A stretch of 64,000 nt of DNA from Verrucomicrobiota bacterium (lineage in GTDB: Bacteria; Verrucomicrobiota; Verrucomicrobiia; Limisphaerales; UBA11358), in the NCBI GenBank assembly GCA_049517655.1, contig JBEKRQ010000001.1, forward strand, positions 661,438-725,437, read 5' to 3'. Below are positions 26,892 through 36,137 of this stretch, piece by piece. A program made the translations under genes and the position numbers. Each line of letters begins with the position of its first letter. Within the stretch, counting starts at the first letter, position 1. Below the pieces are notes generated by a model that was given only the letters and a program-made list of their open reading frames with translations, searched no databases and was not told the DNA's origin.

Positions 26892-27965
26892 TTATTCCGC
26901 CGAAAAACGGTAAATAATCGTGTTTTGATAAACCTGCCCTGGTCTCAACACGGCTGATGGGAAATGCGGCTTGTTTGGGGAATCAAGAAAATGTCCCGGC
27001 TCAATGCAAAAAGCGGCACGGGGCCGATGAATCCTGTCACCTTTTCCCCTGTGCCCGTCGAGGTTGTTGCCGCTGTAAAATTGCGCCCCGGGTTTTGTGC
27101 TCAACACTTCCATGACGCGGCCCGTGGTTGGTTCCCAAACGCGCGCCACCAAACCAAGTTCACAGGGCTGTTTGTTAATCACCCAGTTATGATCATAACC
27201 CTTGCCAAACTTGAGCTGCGGATCGTCGTGGTTTATGCGCGCCCCGATTTTCACGGGTTTGCGAAAGTCAAAAGGTGTGCCGTCCACAGGCTTTAATTCC
27301 CCAGTCGCGATTTGCGTTGCATCCGCCGGTGTAAAATGATTTGCGTTGATGTGAAGTTCGTGATTCAACACATCACCTTCGCCCGCAAGATTGAAGTAGG
27401 AATGGTGCGTGAGATTGCAAACAGTGGGCGTGTCGGTCGTGGCTGTAAAATCCAATTTCAATTCATTCTCATTGGTTAATGTGTAAATCGCTTTCACGTA
27501 AAGATTCCCGGGAAACCCCTCCTCGCCATCCCTGCTCAAATAGGTGAGTTCAAGGGCTGGACCTTTGTCGGTCTCCATGGCTTTTGCCTGCCATACAACC
27601 TTGTCGAATCCTTTGAAGCCGCCGTGCAGACAATGTTGTCCGTTGTTCTTCGTCAGTTTATGGGTTTTCCCTTCAAGAACAAACTGCGCGCCTCCAATGC
27701 GGTTTGCGTAACGCCCGATCAGCGCGCCAAAGTAATAATTGTATTTCAGGTAATCAGCCAGATTATCGTAGCCAAGAACCACGTCGGCGTATTTGCCATT
27801 GCGGTCGAGCGCGGTAAGCGAGACGACAATGCCGCCATAGGTCATGATGCGCACCTCCATGCCGTTCTTGTTGCGCAATGTGTAAATTTCCACCGGCTCG
27901 CCTTCGGCCGTTTTGCCAAAAGGAGCTCTAACGATTGATTTGGTCGGGTTTTTCGTTTGAGTCAT
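26892..27965 (-). CDS. galM: Aldose 1-epimerase (galactose mutarotase)
   Basis: MTQTKNP...YTLRN.NGMEVRIMTYGGIVVSL...VVLGYDNLADY...GALIGRYANRI...LTKNNGQHCLHGG is typical of the family. ATG at 27965 chosen within the longer track ORF. Confidence 0.9.
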   Translation of the reverse strand: MTQTKNPTKSIVRAPFGKTAEGEPVEIYTLRNKNGMEVRIMTYGGIVVSLTALDRNGKYADVVLGYDNLADYLKYNYYFGALIGRYANRIGGAQFVLEGKTHKLTKNNGQHCLHGGFKGFDKVVWQAKAMETDKGPALELTYLSRDGEEGFPGNLYVKAIYTLTNENELKLDFTATTDTPTVCNLTHHSYFNLAGEGDVLNHELHINANHFTPADATQIATGELKPVDGTPFDFRKPVKIGARINHDDPQLKFGKGYDHNWVINKQPCELGLVARVWEPTTGRVMEVLSTKPGAQFYSGNNLDGHRGKGDRIHRPRAAFCIEPGHFLDSPNKPHFPSAVLRPGQVYQNTIIYRFSAE

Positions 27966-28032
27966 CCGGGGAAAAATACGATTTCCGCAGCGCACAGTCC
28001 AGTTTTTGTTTCCGGCCACGCCACAATAAAAA

Positions 28033-29160
28033 TCAATCTCCCAGACATGTTCCCAAGCGCCGGGCGGTTTCCACCCACGGATGGTTCGGAGGAACGGTTT
28101 TGCGTTTGCCGGCGACCTTTTCCAACGGCACGGGTTCCGTGCCATCGCCGCGCGCGGCCACCATCACTCCGAAAACGCCTTCATGAATCAAGTCGGCGCA
28201 TGCGCTGCCGAGCCGCGTGGCGAGCAAACGATCCGCCGCCGACGGCGTGCCGCCGCGTTGCACGTAACCCAGGATCGTGACGCGCGATTCAAGATGGGTG
28301 AGCTCCTCGAGTTGCCCGGCCAGCCGCAGCGTGTTACCGGCGTGCTTCGCTTCGAGAGCGGCCAGTTCGAGTTTGGCCTCATTGCGTTCATGCTGGCTCC
28401 GCGCCTTGTCTTTGCGACTTTCGGCGGCAGCGAAGGCACGCGCGTCATCCACGCCCTTCGCGCCCTCAGCCACGGCGACGATGCTGAAATTCGTTCCATG
28501 CTGGCTGCGACGGCGAATGGCTTCGGCAATTTTTTCAACGTGATAGGGAATTTCAGGAATGAGAATCACGTCCGCGCCGCCCGCGATGCCCGCGCCCAAC
28601 GCCAGCCAGCCCGCGCGATGCCCCATGATTTCAGCGACGATGATGCGATGATGACTGTGTGCCGTGCTGTGCAGGCGATCAATGGCATCCGTGGCAATGT
28701 CCAGGGCGGTCGCAAAACCAAAAGACGAATCCGTCATCGCCACGTCGTTGTCAATGGTCTTGGGCAGCGTGATGATGTTGAGTCCGGCTTCCGCAAGGCG
28801 CAGCCCGCTTTTTTGCGTGCCACCACCACCAAGACACACCAGCGCATCAAGGCCGAATTTGGCATAATTTTTTACAATGACGCTGGTCATGTCACGCGCG
28901 TGACCGTCAATCTTCATGCGATGCGGTTTGTCACGGCTCGTCCCAAGAATGGTGCCGCCGACAGTAAGAATTCCCGAAAGCATGCTTTTATCGAGTCGCA
29001 ACCGCCGATTTTCGACAAGGCCCCGAAAGCCATCGCGGAAACCTACAATTTCCATCCCGTAAAAACCGAGTGCGGTTTTGCCGACGCCGCGAATGGCGGC
29101 GTTAAGGCCGGGGCTGTCGCCGCCTGCCGTCAAAATACCGATACGTTTGGCTTGTTCCAT
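28033..29160 (-). CDS. pfkA: 6-phosphofructokinase (PfkA family; ATP or PPi dependence not assignable)
   Basis: [51 protein letters not shown]. Confidence 0.9.
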   Translation of the reverse strand: MEQAKRIGILTAGGDSPGLNAAIRGVGKTALGFYGMEIVGFRDGFRGLVENRRLRLDKSMLSGILTVGGTILGTSRDKPHRMKIDGHARDMTSVIVKNYAKFGLDALVCLGGGGTQKSGLRLAEAGLNIITLPKTIDNDVAMTDSSFGFATALDIATDAIDRLHSTAHSHHRIIVAEIMGHRAGWLALGAGIAGGADVILIPEIPYHVEKIAEAIRRRSQHGTNFSIVAVAEGAKGVDDARAFAAAESRKDKARSQHERNEAKLELAALEAKHAGNTLRLAGQLEELTHLESRVTILGYVQRGGTPSAADRLLATRLGSACADLIHEGVFGVMVAARGDGTEPVPLEKVAGKRKTVPPNHPWVETARRLGTCLGD

Positions 29161-29271
29161 AACCACGGTGAAACTAGCAATGTGTGATTTTCTGTCGAGA
29201 GGAACTTATGATTTTTTTATACGGACTGCGAAGCGCGTCCACTCGAATGTCACTTTTCATCGGCTTTCAAT

Positions 29272-30255
29272 TCATGGCACCAATACGGCGGCACCCCGAA
29301 GTTTGCCGGAGCGCAAACGCGTCAACGCTTCATTGGCCTCGGCAAGGGAAAACAATTGCACCGTCGTCCGCACCGGCACCTGTGGTGCCAGAGTGAAGAA
29401 TTCCGCGCCATCGCGGCGCGTGAGATTGGCCACGGAACAAAGCATTCGTTCCTGCCAGAGCAAATCATACGGAAACGACGGAATGTCGCTCATGTGAATG
29501 CCGGCGCAAACGACCGTGCCACCCCTGGCAACGGCCCTCAACGCCAGCGGCACGAGCGATCCGACAGGCGCGAAAATGATGGCCGCGTCCAATTGTTCCG
29601 GCGGCAAAGTTTCGGAGTCGCCTGCCCAGACTGCGCCCAGCGATTTGGCAAATGCCTGCGCCTCCGAATCGCCACGCCGCGTGAAGGCGAAAATTTCACG
29701 GCCTTGAAATTTTGCGACCTGCGCGACGATGTGCGCCGCCGCGCCAAAACCATAGATGCCGAGGTGTTTTGCTTTCCCGGTTTTGGTGAGTGAACGATAG
29801 CCGATAAGACCAGCGCAAAGCAGAGGAGCGGCCTCGGCGTCTGAATAGGCATCCGGAATCGGAAAGCAAAACCGTTCGTCGGCGACGGCAAATTCCGCGT
29901 AGCCACCATCCAGTGTATAGCCGGTGAAACGCGCGCGGTCGCAAAGATTTTCGCGTTCGCTGCGGCAAAATTCACACTCGCCGCACGTCCAGTCCAGCCA
30001 CGGAATGCCCACGCGATCGCCGGTTCTGAATCGTTGAACGCCCTCGCCTTTTTCGACGATGACGCCGACAATTTCGTGTCCGGGCACGAGCGGCAGCTTG
30101 GGGCTGGGCAATTCGCCATCCAGGATGTGCAAATCCGTGCGGCAGACGGCGCAGGCGGCGACCTTCACCAAAACCTGCGTCGCCCCGGGCTTCGGCACGG
30201 GTATGTCAGCAGCTCGCAGCGGCTGCCGCGGCGTCTTGAGAATCATCGCGCGCAT
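29272..30255 (-). CDS. Zinc-dependent alcohol dehydrogenase family protein
   Basis: VAACAVCRTDLHILDGE...VPGHEIVG...CGECEFCRSERENLC (catalytic and structural Zn ligands). GIYGFGAAAH Rossmann motif. Confidence 0.85.
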   Translation of the reverse strand: MRAMILKTPRQPLRAADIPVPKPGATQVLVKVAACAVCRTDLHILDGELPSPKLPLVPGHEIVGVIVEKGEGVQRFRTGDRVGIPWLDWTCGECEFCRSERENLCDRARFTGYTLDGGYAEFAVADERFCFPIPDAYSDAEAAPLLCAGLIGYRSLTKTGKAKHLGIYGFGAAAHIVAQVAKFQGREIFAFTRRGDSEAQAFAKSLGAVWAGDSETLPPEQLDAAIIFAPVGSLVPLALRAVARGGTVVCAGIHMSDIPSFPYDLLWQERMLCSVANLTRRDGAEFFTLAPQVPVRTTVQLFSLAEANEALTRLRSGKLRGAAVLVP

Positions 30256-30423
30256 GCGCTAATTGAACCTTCAAAACCGTAGCGGTCAAGTGTCGGCTTG
30301 GATTTTGAAAATAGCGCGGGCGTCCCGCCTGCAAACACAACGAAACAGGCCAGAGGCCTGTGCCACTTTAATTCCCATGTGGTTGACGCTGGCGTGCGAA
30401 GGCCATACGTTTGATTCTGTTTT

Positions 30424-31302
30424 ATGAGCGAATTGCAGAATTCACTGCTCGAATTGATCCGGCGCACCTCGGCGGAAATTCCCGATGACGTGCAAAAGGC
30501 GATTCTCAATTCATTGGAACACGAGAAGAAAGGCACGATTGCCGCAAACGCGCTCAAAATCATCGAGCGCAACATTGAACTGGCGAAACAGAAATCGCAG
30601 CCGATTTGTCAGGACACCGGCAGCATTTTGTTTTATGTGGATTGTCCGGTTGACTTCGACCAGATCTCTTTTGAAGAAACTGCCAAGGAAGCCGTGAAGC
30701 TGGCGACAAAGAAAGGTTTTCTCCGTCAGAACTCGGTGGATTCGCTTACTGGCAAGAACGACGGAACTAACGTCGGGCCGGGCGCACCAACATTTAATTT
30801 TCATCAGCATCGTTCGCCCGAAGTGGGCGTGCGACTGGTGTTCAAGGGCGGCGGCTGCGAAAACGTTGGCGCGCAATACTTGCTGCCTGACGAAAAGCTC
30901 CGGGCGAACCGCGACCTCGACGGCTGTCGCAAGGCGATTCTCGATGCGGTGTTGCAGGCGCAGGGAAAGGGTTGCAGCCCGGGCATCCTCGGCGTGTGCA
31001 TCGGCGGCGACCGCGCCACGGGCTACGAGTTGAGCAAGACGCAATTCCTCCGCAAACTCGACGACAGTAATTCGAATCCGGAGTTGGATAAGCTGGAGCA
31101 GGACATTTTGAAAATAGCAAACGAACTCGGCATCGGCCCGATGGGTTTTGGCGGCAAGACGACGCTGCTGGGCGTGAAAATCTGTGCGGCGAACCGTCTG
31201 CCCGCGTCGTTTTTCGTCAGCGTCAGTTACATGTGCTGGGCCTATCGGCGTCAAGGCGTGACGCTGGATGCGGAGGGGAAAATTCAAACGTGGCTTTACT
31301 AA
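30424..31302 (+). CDS. Fe-S hydro-lyase, class I fumarate hydratase / tartrate dehydratase alpha subunit
   Basis: ...SQPICQDTGSILFYVDCP...GGGCENVGAQY...GVCIGGDRATG. Confidence 0.85.
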   Translation: MSELQNSLLELIRRTSAEIPDDVQKAILNSLEHEKKGTIAANALKIIERNIELAKQKSQPICQDTGSILFYVDCPVDFDQISFEETAKEAVKLATKKGFLRQNSVDSLTGKNDGTNVGPGAPTFNFHQHRSPEVGVRLVFKGGGCENVGAQYLLPDEKLRANRDLDGCRKAILDAVLQAQGKGCSPGILGVCIGGDRATGYELSKTQFLRKLDDSNSNPELDKLEQDILKIANELGIGPMGFGGKTTLLGVKICAANRLPASFFVSVSYMCWAYRRQGVTLDAEGKIQTWLY

Positions 31303-31320
31303 GCACGGGAGGAGAATGCC

Positions 31321-31896
31321 ATGATCAAACTTTCCTTTCCCTTCACCGAAGAAAAAATCCGGGCGCTGAAAGTCGGCGACGAGGTTTTGATCTCCGGTGT
31401 GGTGTTTACCGGGCGCGACGCAGTCCACAAGTATTTGCATGAGGGCGGCAAACTGCCGCCGGGCGTGAAGTTGCGCGACGGGATTCTTTACCATTGCGGT
31501 CCGGTCATGATGAAGGACAAGCAGGGCAATTGGAAGGCCACCGCCGCCGGTCCGACGACTTCCATCCGCGAAGAGCCGTATCAGGCGAAAATCATCCGTG
31601 ACTTCGGCATTCGGGGCATCATCGGCAAGGGCGGCATGGGCGACAAGACACTCGCAGCGTGCAAGGAATTCGGTTGTGTGTATCTGCATGCGGTCGGCGG
31701 CGCGGCACAGGTGCTGGCCGAGTGCATCAAGAAGGTGCGCAACGTTTACATGATGGAAAAGTTCGGAGCGCCGGAGGCGATTTGGGAATTTGAAGTGGAG
31801 GATTTTCCGGCGGTGGTGACGATTGATGCGCACGGCAATTCGCTGCACAAGGATATGTTTGCGAAGAGCCAGGTGGAATTGGCGAAGCGGCTCTAA
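31321..31896 (+). CDS. Fe-S hydro-lyase, class I fumarate hydratase / tartrate dehydratase beta subunit
   Basis: VGDEVLISGVVFTGRDAVHK...ILYHCGPV...AGPTTSIREE...IIGKGGMG. Starts 19 nt after the alpha subunit. Confidence 0.85.
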   Translation: MIKLSFPFTEEKIRALKVGDEVLISGVVFTGRDAVHKYLHEGGKLPPGVKLRDGILYHCGPVMMKDKQGNWKATAAGPTTSIREEPYQAKIIRDFGIRGIIGKGGMGDKTLAACKEFGCVYLHAVGGAAQVLAECIKKVRNVYMMEKFGAPEAIWEFEVEDFPAVVTIDAHGNSLHKDMFAKSQVELAKRL

Positions 31897-31904
31897 AAAG
31901 GTAA

Positions 31905-31948
31905 GGCGCTTTCTCCGAAAGCGCCGCGGCTGGCTCGGAGAGCCAGCC
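31905..31948. terminator. Two tandem perfect 9-bp-stem, 3-nt-loop hairpins between convergent fumarase-beta and pnp. Likely a bidirectional terminator or REP-like element.
   Basis: ggcgctttc-tcc-gaaagcgcc (31905-31925) and ggctggctc-gga-gagccagcc (31928-31948), followed by ctacctatttt. Confidence 0.5.
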
Positions 31949-31992
31949 CTACCTATTTTCAGAACGTGAATTTCCGACCGTACTAACTGAAT

Positions 31993-34137
31993 TCAATTTG
32001 CGGCTGCTGGTTTCTCCGCCATTTCCTTGTCGCGTTCCTCCATGGCGGCCCTGCGCGAAAGACGCACGCGGCCTTTGTCGTCCACGCCGAGGCATTTGAC
32101 ATGGATTTCGTCACCGATTTTGACAATGTCCTCGGTTTTCTTGACGCGAAAATTGGCCAGCTCGCTAATGTGAACAAGGCCGTCCTTGCCGGGCAGGAAT
32201 TCAACGAACGCGCCGAATTCCTTGATCGTGACGACCTTGCCCCGGTAAATTTTCCCGACTTCGGCTTCGGCGGTCATGTCCATAATCGCATCACGGGCAA
32301 TCTTCATGCCCTCGGGCGACACGGAGAAGATGTTTACGGTGCCGTCGTCTTCGATGTCAATTTCACAACCGGATTCCTCGACGAGTTTTTTGATGTTCTT
32401 GCCGCCGGGGCCGATGATGGCGCCGATTTTTTCCGGATTGATCTTGAGTGTTTCGATGCGTGGCGCGTATTTGCTGATTTCCTTGCGCGGTTCGGCCAGT
32501 GTTTTGGCCATTTCACCAAGAATGAACAACCGGGCAACATGCGCTTTTTCAACGGCTTCCGCCATTAATTGATGCGGAATGCCGCGCAGTTTGAGGTCAA
32601 GTTGGAAACCGGTAATACCCTTTTCCGTGCCGGCGATTTTGCAATCCATGTCACAGAACGCGTCCTCCCAACCGATGATGTCGGTGAGCAATTTGTATTG
32701 CGTGATTTTGTTGTCGGCGCCGCATTCCGTGCAAATTCCGATACTGACGCCCGCGACGGGGCGAATCAGCGGCACACCCGCGTCCATCAATGCCAGTGAA
32801 CCGCCACAAACCGTGGCCATCGAGGTCGAGCCGTTCGACTCCATGATCTCGCTCGTGACGCGGATGGAATATGGATAATTTTCGAGCGGCATCATCGGTT
32901 CAAGGGAACGTTCCGCGAGCGCGCCGTGGCCGATTTCACGCCGGCCCGGCCCGGCAATGCGGCCGGTTTCGCCGACTGAAAAGTTCGGAAAGTTGTAGTG
33001 CAGAATGAACTTTTTCTCCGTGTCGCCACCGGTGTAAGAATCAAATTCCTGCGTGTCGTCGCCGGTGCCGAGCGTGGCCAGCGTAAGCGTCTGTGTTTCG
33101 CCGCGGCTGAACAACGCCGAGCCGTGCGCGCGCGGCAAAATTCCAACTTCGCTCAAAATCGGACGCACAACGTCAAATGCGCGACCGTCCAGTCGTTTGC
33201 CGTCCTTCAATATTAAACCGCGAACGGCCTCTTTTTGAATGTAATAAAAAGCGTCCTTGACGACGAACCCGGTCACCTTTTCCGCACCGAATTTTTCGAC
33301 AAGTTTCGCGCCGACTTCGTTCTGAATCGCCATGCACGCATCTTCGCGCGCCAGTTTGCCGGGCGTGAGCAGCGCAGGCACAAAACGGGTACCTGCGAGT
33401 TTCTTCGCTTCCTGAAGAATTTCGCCAGGAACGATATTGAGCGTGAATTCGCGTTTCTTTTTACCGGCCTTCGCAACCAGTTCCTTTTGGGCGGTAATGA
33501 GTGGCTGGCAACATTCCTGGCCGAATTTCAGCGCGGCATTGAAATCGGCTTCGCTGATTTCCCTGGCCGAACCTTCATACATCACGATGTCGTTTTCGTT
33601 GCCGACATAAACGAGGTCGAGATCGCTCTCCTTCATTTCTGAATGCTTCGGATTGGCGATGAATTGGCCTTTGACGCGACCAACGCGCACGGCGCCGAGC
33701 GGCCCGGCCCACGGAATGTCGCTGATCATCAGCGCCGCCGATGCACCCACGAGCGCGAGCATGTCCGGGTCGTTTTCGCCGTCCGCGCTCAAAACAATAC
33801 TCTGCACCTGCACTTCGTTATACAAACCTTTTGGAAAGAGTGGACGAATAGGACGATCCGTCAGCCGCGACGTAAGAATTTCCTTCTCCGTCGGACGGCC
33901 TTCGCGTTTGAAGTAGCCGCCGGGAAACTTGCCCGCCGCCGCCGCCTTTTCGCGGTAGTCAACGGTCAATGGAAAATAGTCTTGGCCTTCCTTGGCCTTG
34001 GTCGCGGCAACTGCGGCCACGACAACGATGGTTTCGCCGAGTTGGACGGTTACAGCGCCGTCCGCCTGTTTGGCAATTTTCCCGGTTTCGATGATAATCT
34101 GCCTGTCGCCCACCTGGGCGGTGATTTTCTCTGACAT
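31993..34137 (-). CDS. pnp: Polyribonucleotide nucleotidyltransferase (PNPase)
   Basis: 714 aa. Two RNase PH-like halves, a KH domain ([15 protein letters not shown]) and an S1 domain ([20 protein letters not shown]). Confidence 0.95.
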   Translation of the reverse strand: MSEKITAQVGDRQIIIETGKIAKQADGAVTVQLGETIVVVAAVAATKAKEGQDYFPLTVDYREKAAAAGKFPGGYFKREGRPTEKEILTSRLTDRPIRPLFPKGLYNEVQVQSIVLSADGENDPDMLALVGASAALMISDIPWAGPLGAVRVGRVKGQFIANPKHSEMKESDLDLVYVGNENDIVMYEGSAREISEADFNAALKFGQECCQPLITAQKELVAKAGKKKREFTLNIVPGEILQEAKKLAGTRFVPALLTPGKLAREDACMAIQNEVGAKLVEKFGAEKVTGFVVKDAFYYIQKEAVRGLILKDGKRLDGRAFDVVRPILSEVGILPRAHGSALFSRGETQTLTLATLGTGDDTQEFDSYTGGDTEKKFILHYNFPNFSVGETGRIAGPGRREIGHGALAERSLEPMMPLENYPYSIRVTSEIMESNGSTSMATVCGGSLALMDAGVPLIRPVAGVSIGICTECGADNKITQYKLLTDIIGWEDAFCDMDCKIAGTEKGITGFQLDLKLRGIPHQLMAEAVEKAHVARLFILGEMAKTLAEPRKEISKYAPRIETLKINPEKIGAIIGPGGKNIKKLVEESGCEIDIEDDGTVNIFSVSPEGMKIARDAIMDMTAEAEVGKIYRGKVVTIKEFGAFVEFLPGKDGLVHISELANFRVKKTEDIVKIGDEIHVKCLGVDDKGRVRLSRRAAMEERDKEMAEKPAAAN

Positions 34138-34337
34138 ATTTCAATATTCCCACCGCCACCGGAGGAACTTCATTGAACCCCGCTCCTCCGCGGAAGGGCG
34201 GGACTGAATGAAATTTCCCAGGGGCAATGGAACTTTTCTTCGCGATGTGTTTGGTTTGAGAATTGGGCCGTTCGCGTTCCCGGCTCAAATCCGGATGTGA
34301 AAGGCGATCGTTAAAAAAGCCGCACCTCTGTAAAAAC

Positions 34338-34607
34338 CTAGTGGCGCAGTTTTAATTTTTTTGTGACCGCTTGATAACGATTCAAATCTTTGTTCTGCAA
34401 GTATTCGAGCAGACGTCGGCGCTGGCCGACCATCATCAGCAACCCGCGGCGCGAGCTGTGATCTTTTTTATTGTTCTGCAAATGCCCGGTCAAATGATTG
34501 ATCCGCTCCGTCAACAGCGCAACCTGCACGTCCGCTGAACCCGTGTCCCGCGCGTGCAACTTGAACTGTTCGATCGTCTTCGCCTTCACTTCCATAATAT
34601 TATTCAC
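34338..34607 (-). CDS. rpsO: 30S ribosomal protein S15
   Basis: ...[50 protein letters not shown]. It lies upstream of pnp, the classical arrangement. The true start may be the second or third Met. Confidence 0.9.
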   Translation of the reverse strand: MNNIMEVKAKTIEQFKLHARDTGSADVQVALLTERINHLTGHLQNNKKDHSSRRGLLMMVGQRRRLLEYLQNKDLNRYQAVTKKLKLRH

Positions 34608-34659
34608 GTCAACTTAATCGTTTAAGTCTAGACGGTTGAAATATTCGTGTAAAGGACTT

Positions 34660-36090
34660 TCAGTGTTGTTCATTGGGACAACGATGCCAGCGCCAGATGA
34701 ATCGCCGCCTCGTCCGTGGCGTCAGTTTGAAATTCTCCGCCATCCGCAAACCTTCAACCCAGAAAATTTCACCGCCCGCAGTTTCGGCCACAATCAAATC
34801 GTGCCGCTGCGCGCGCGGAATTTTTGCGTTCGTGAACAAATCCTGAAGTTTTGCCGCCAACTTGAAACCCATCGGCTGGAAACGGTCGCCTGCGCGCCAA
34901 TGACGCAGTGTGATTTCATTTCCAACCTTGTCCGCGTCAAAAAATTCACGCGCCTTTTGCCCGCCCGGTAACGAAAACCTCCTGCCTGTGTTCAAATGCC
35001 AGCGGATGCGCAGTCCATCAAACCCCACCTCCCCCGCCCTGCCCGCCAAATTCACCGCCAGTTTGTTCGATCTGAATTCAGCCGACGGTCGCGACCTCAA
35101 AATCACCCTGCCTGTCGCATCGCGCAAAACCGAAAATTTTGAGCTGACACTGATGGGCAAATCAGCCGAACGCCGTAATCCCTCGACCAAATCAAAATCC
35201 GGCGCAATGCCGAGCGAAGCCAATTGCAACTGCAAAACGCGCCGCTGAACTGCAATCGGCAATTTTTCAAAGGCAGGGACGCCGCGCCGCATTGCGGGAT
35301 CCGCCGGACGGCCCGGCGGGCCGTCCCTGCCAGTTTCTTTCAACCATTGTTGCGCTGTTTCTCCAATTGCCTCTGCTTCTACACCGACGATTTCCATCAG
35401 CCGCAAAACCGCTTTCGCCAATGCCGGTTGATACTTTCGGCGAAGCAATGGCAGCAATTCATTGCGAATGCGATTGCGTGGCGCATTGAGCAACGTGTTC
35501 GTCTTGTCCTCACGGAAATGGATTTTGTTCCGTTGCGCGAAACCGTGCAGTTCATCTTTCGTCAAATCGAGCAGCGGACGAACAAGTGAAATTTTTCTGT
35601 TCACCGGCGATGGCGAACGCCATTTCATTCCAGTCATACCCTCACCGCCTGTGCCGCGCAGGACGCGCAGAAAGAACAGCTCCACTTGATCGTCGGCGTG
35701 ATGCGCCAGCGCGACAACGTGGATGCCGCGCTCTTTTGCCACGCGAACAAAAAATTCATGGCGCAATTTTCGCGCGGCCATCTCGATGGATAACCCTGAT
35801 TTTTGAGCAAACTTCCTGACATTTGCGCGCTCGACGACAATGGGCAGTTTCAACGCCATGGCCGTCTTGCGAACGAGTTGTTCGTCGGCGTTGCTGCTGC
35901 GTCCACGGAGTTGATGATTAAAATGCGCGACGGTCAATTTCCACCTGTGCCGCGCCGAAAGCGCATGAATGACATGCAACAGCGTCTTCGAATCCAGTCC
36001 GCCGGACACAGCAACCAGGATAGCCTGACCGCGTTTGAGCAATTTGCGGTTCTGGATGGATTGTTCAATGCGCTGGAGCAAATCGGCCAC
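34660..36090 (-). CDS. tilS: tRNA(Ile)-lysidine synthetase
   Basis: PP-loop ILVAVSGGLDSKTLL, followed by ...LAHHADDQVE. 476 aa. Confidence 0.9.
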   Translation of the reverse strand: MADLLQRIEQSIQNRKLLKRGQAILVAVSGGLDSKTLLHVIHALSARHRWKLTVAHFNHQLRGRSSNADEQLVRKTAMALKLPIVVERANVRKFAQKSGLSIEMAARKLRHEFFVRVAKERGIHVVALAHHADDQVELFFLRVLRGTGGEGMTGMKWRSPSPVNRKISLVRPLLDLTKDELHGFAQRNKIHFREDKTNTLLNAPRNRIRNELLPLLRRKYQPALAKAVLRLMEIVGVEAEAIGETAQQWLKETGRDGPPGRPADPAMRRGVPAFEKLPIAVQRRVLQLQLASLGIAPDFDLVEGLRRSADLPISVSSKFSVLRDATGRVILRSRPSAEFRSNKLAVNLAGRAGEVGFDGLRIRWHLNTGRRFSLPGGQKAREFFDADKVGNEITLRHWRAGDRFQPMGFKLAAKLQDLFTNAKIPRAQRHDLIVAETAGGEIFWVEGLRMAENFKLTPRTRRRFIWRWHRCPNEQH

Positions 36091-36137
36091 GCGGTCATGC
36101 TACTTCATTGGCGCGACGGGGCAAGAGCGGCGGTATT

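Noticed and set aside
28081-29187. Long antisense ORFs in the track. Examples: 28081-29187(+) 368 aa opposite pfk, 30511-31848(-) 445 aa opposite the fumarase genes, 18695-19315(+), 21741-22484(+), 25674-26618(+), 43684-44478(+), 45738-46499(+), 59799-60479(-).
   Set aside because: Each lies exactly opposite a gene with strong family motifs. Their products are Arg/Gly/Pro-rich low-complexity sequences typical of the reverse strand of GC-rich coding DNA. No independent support exists.
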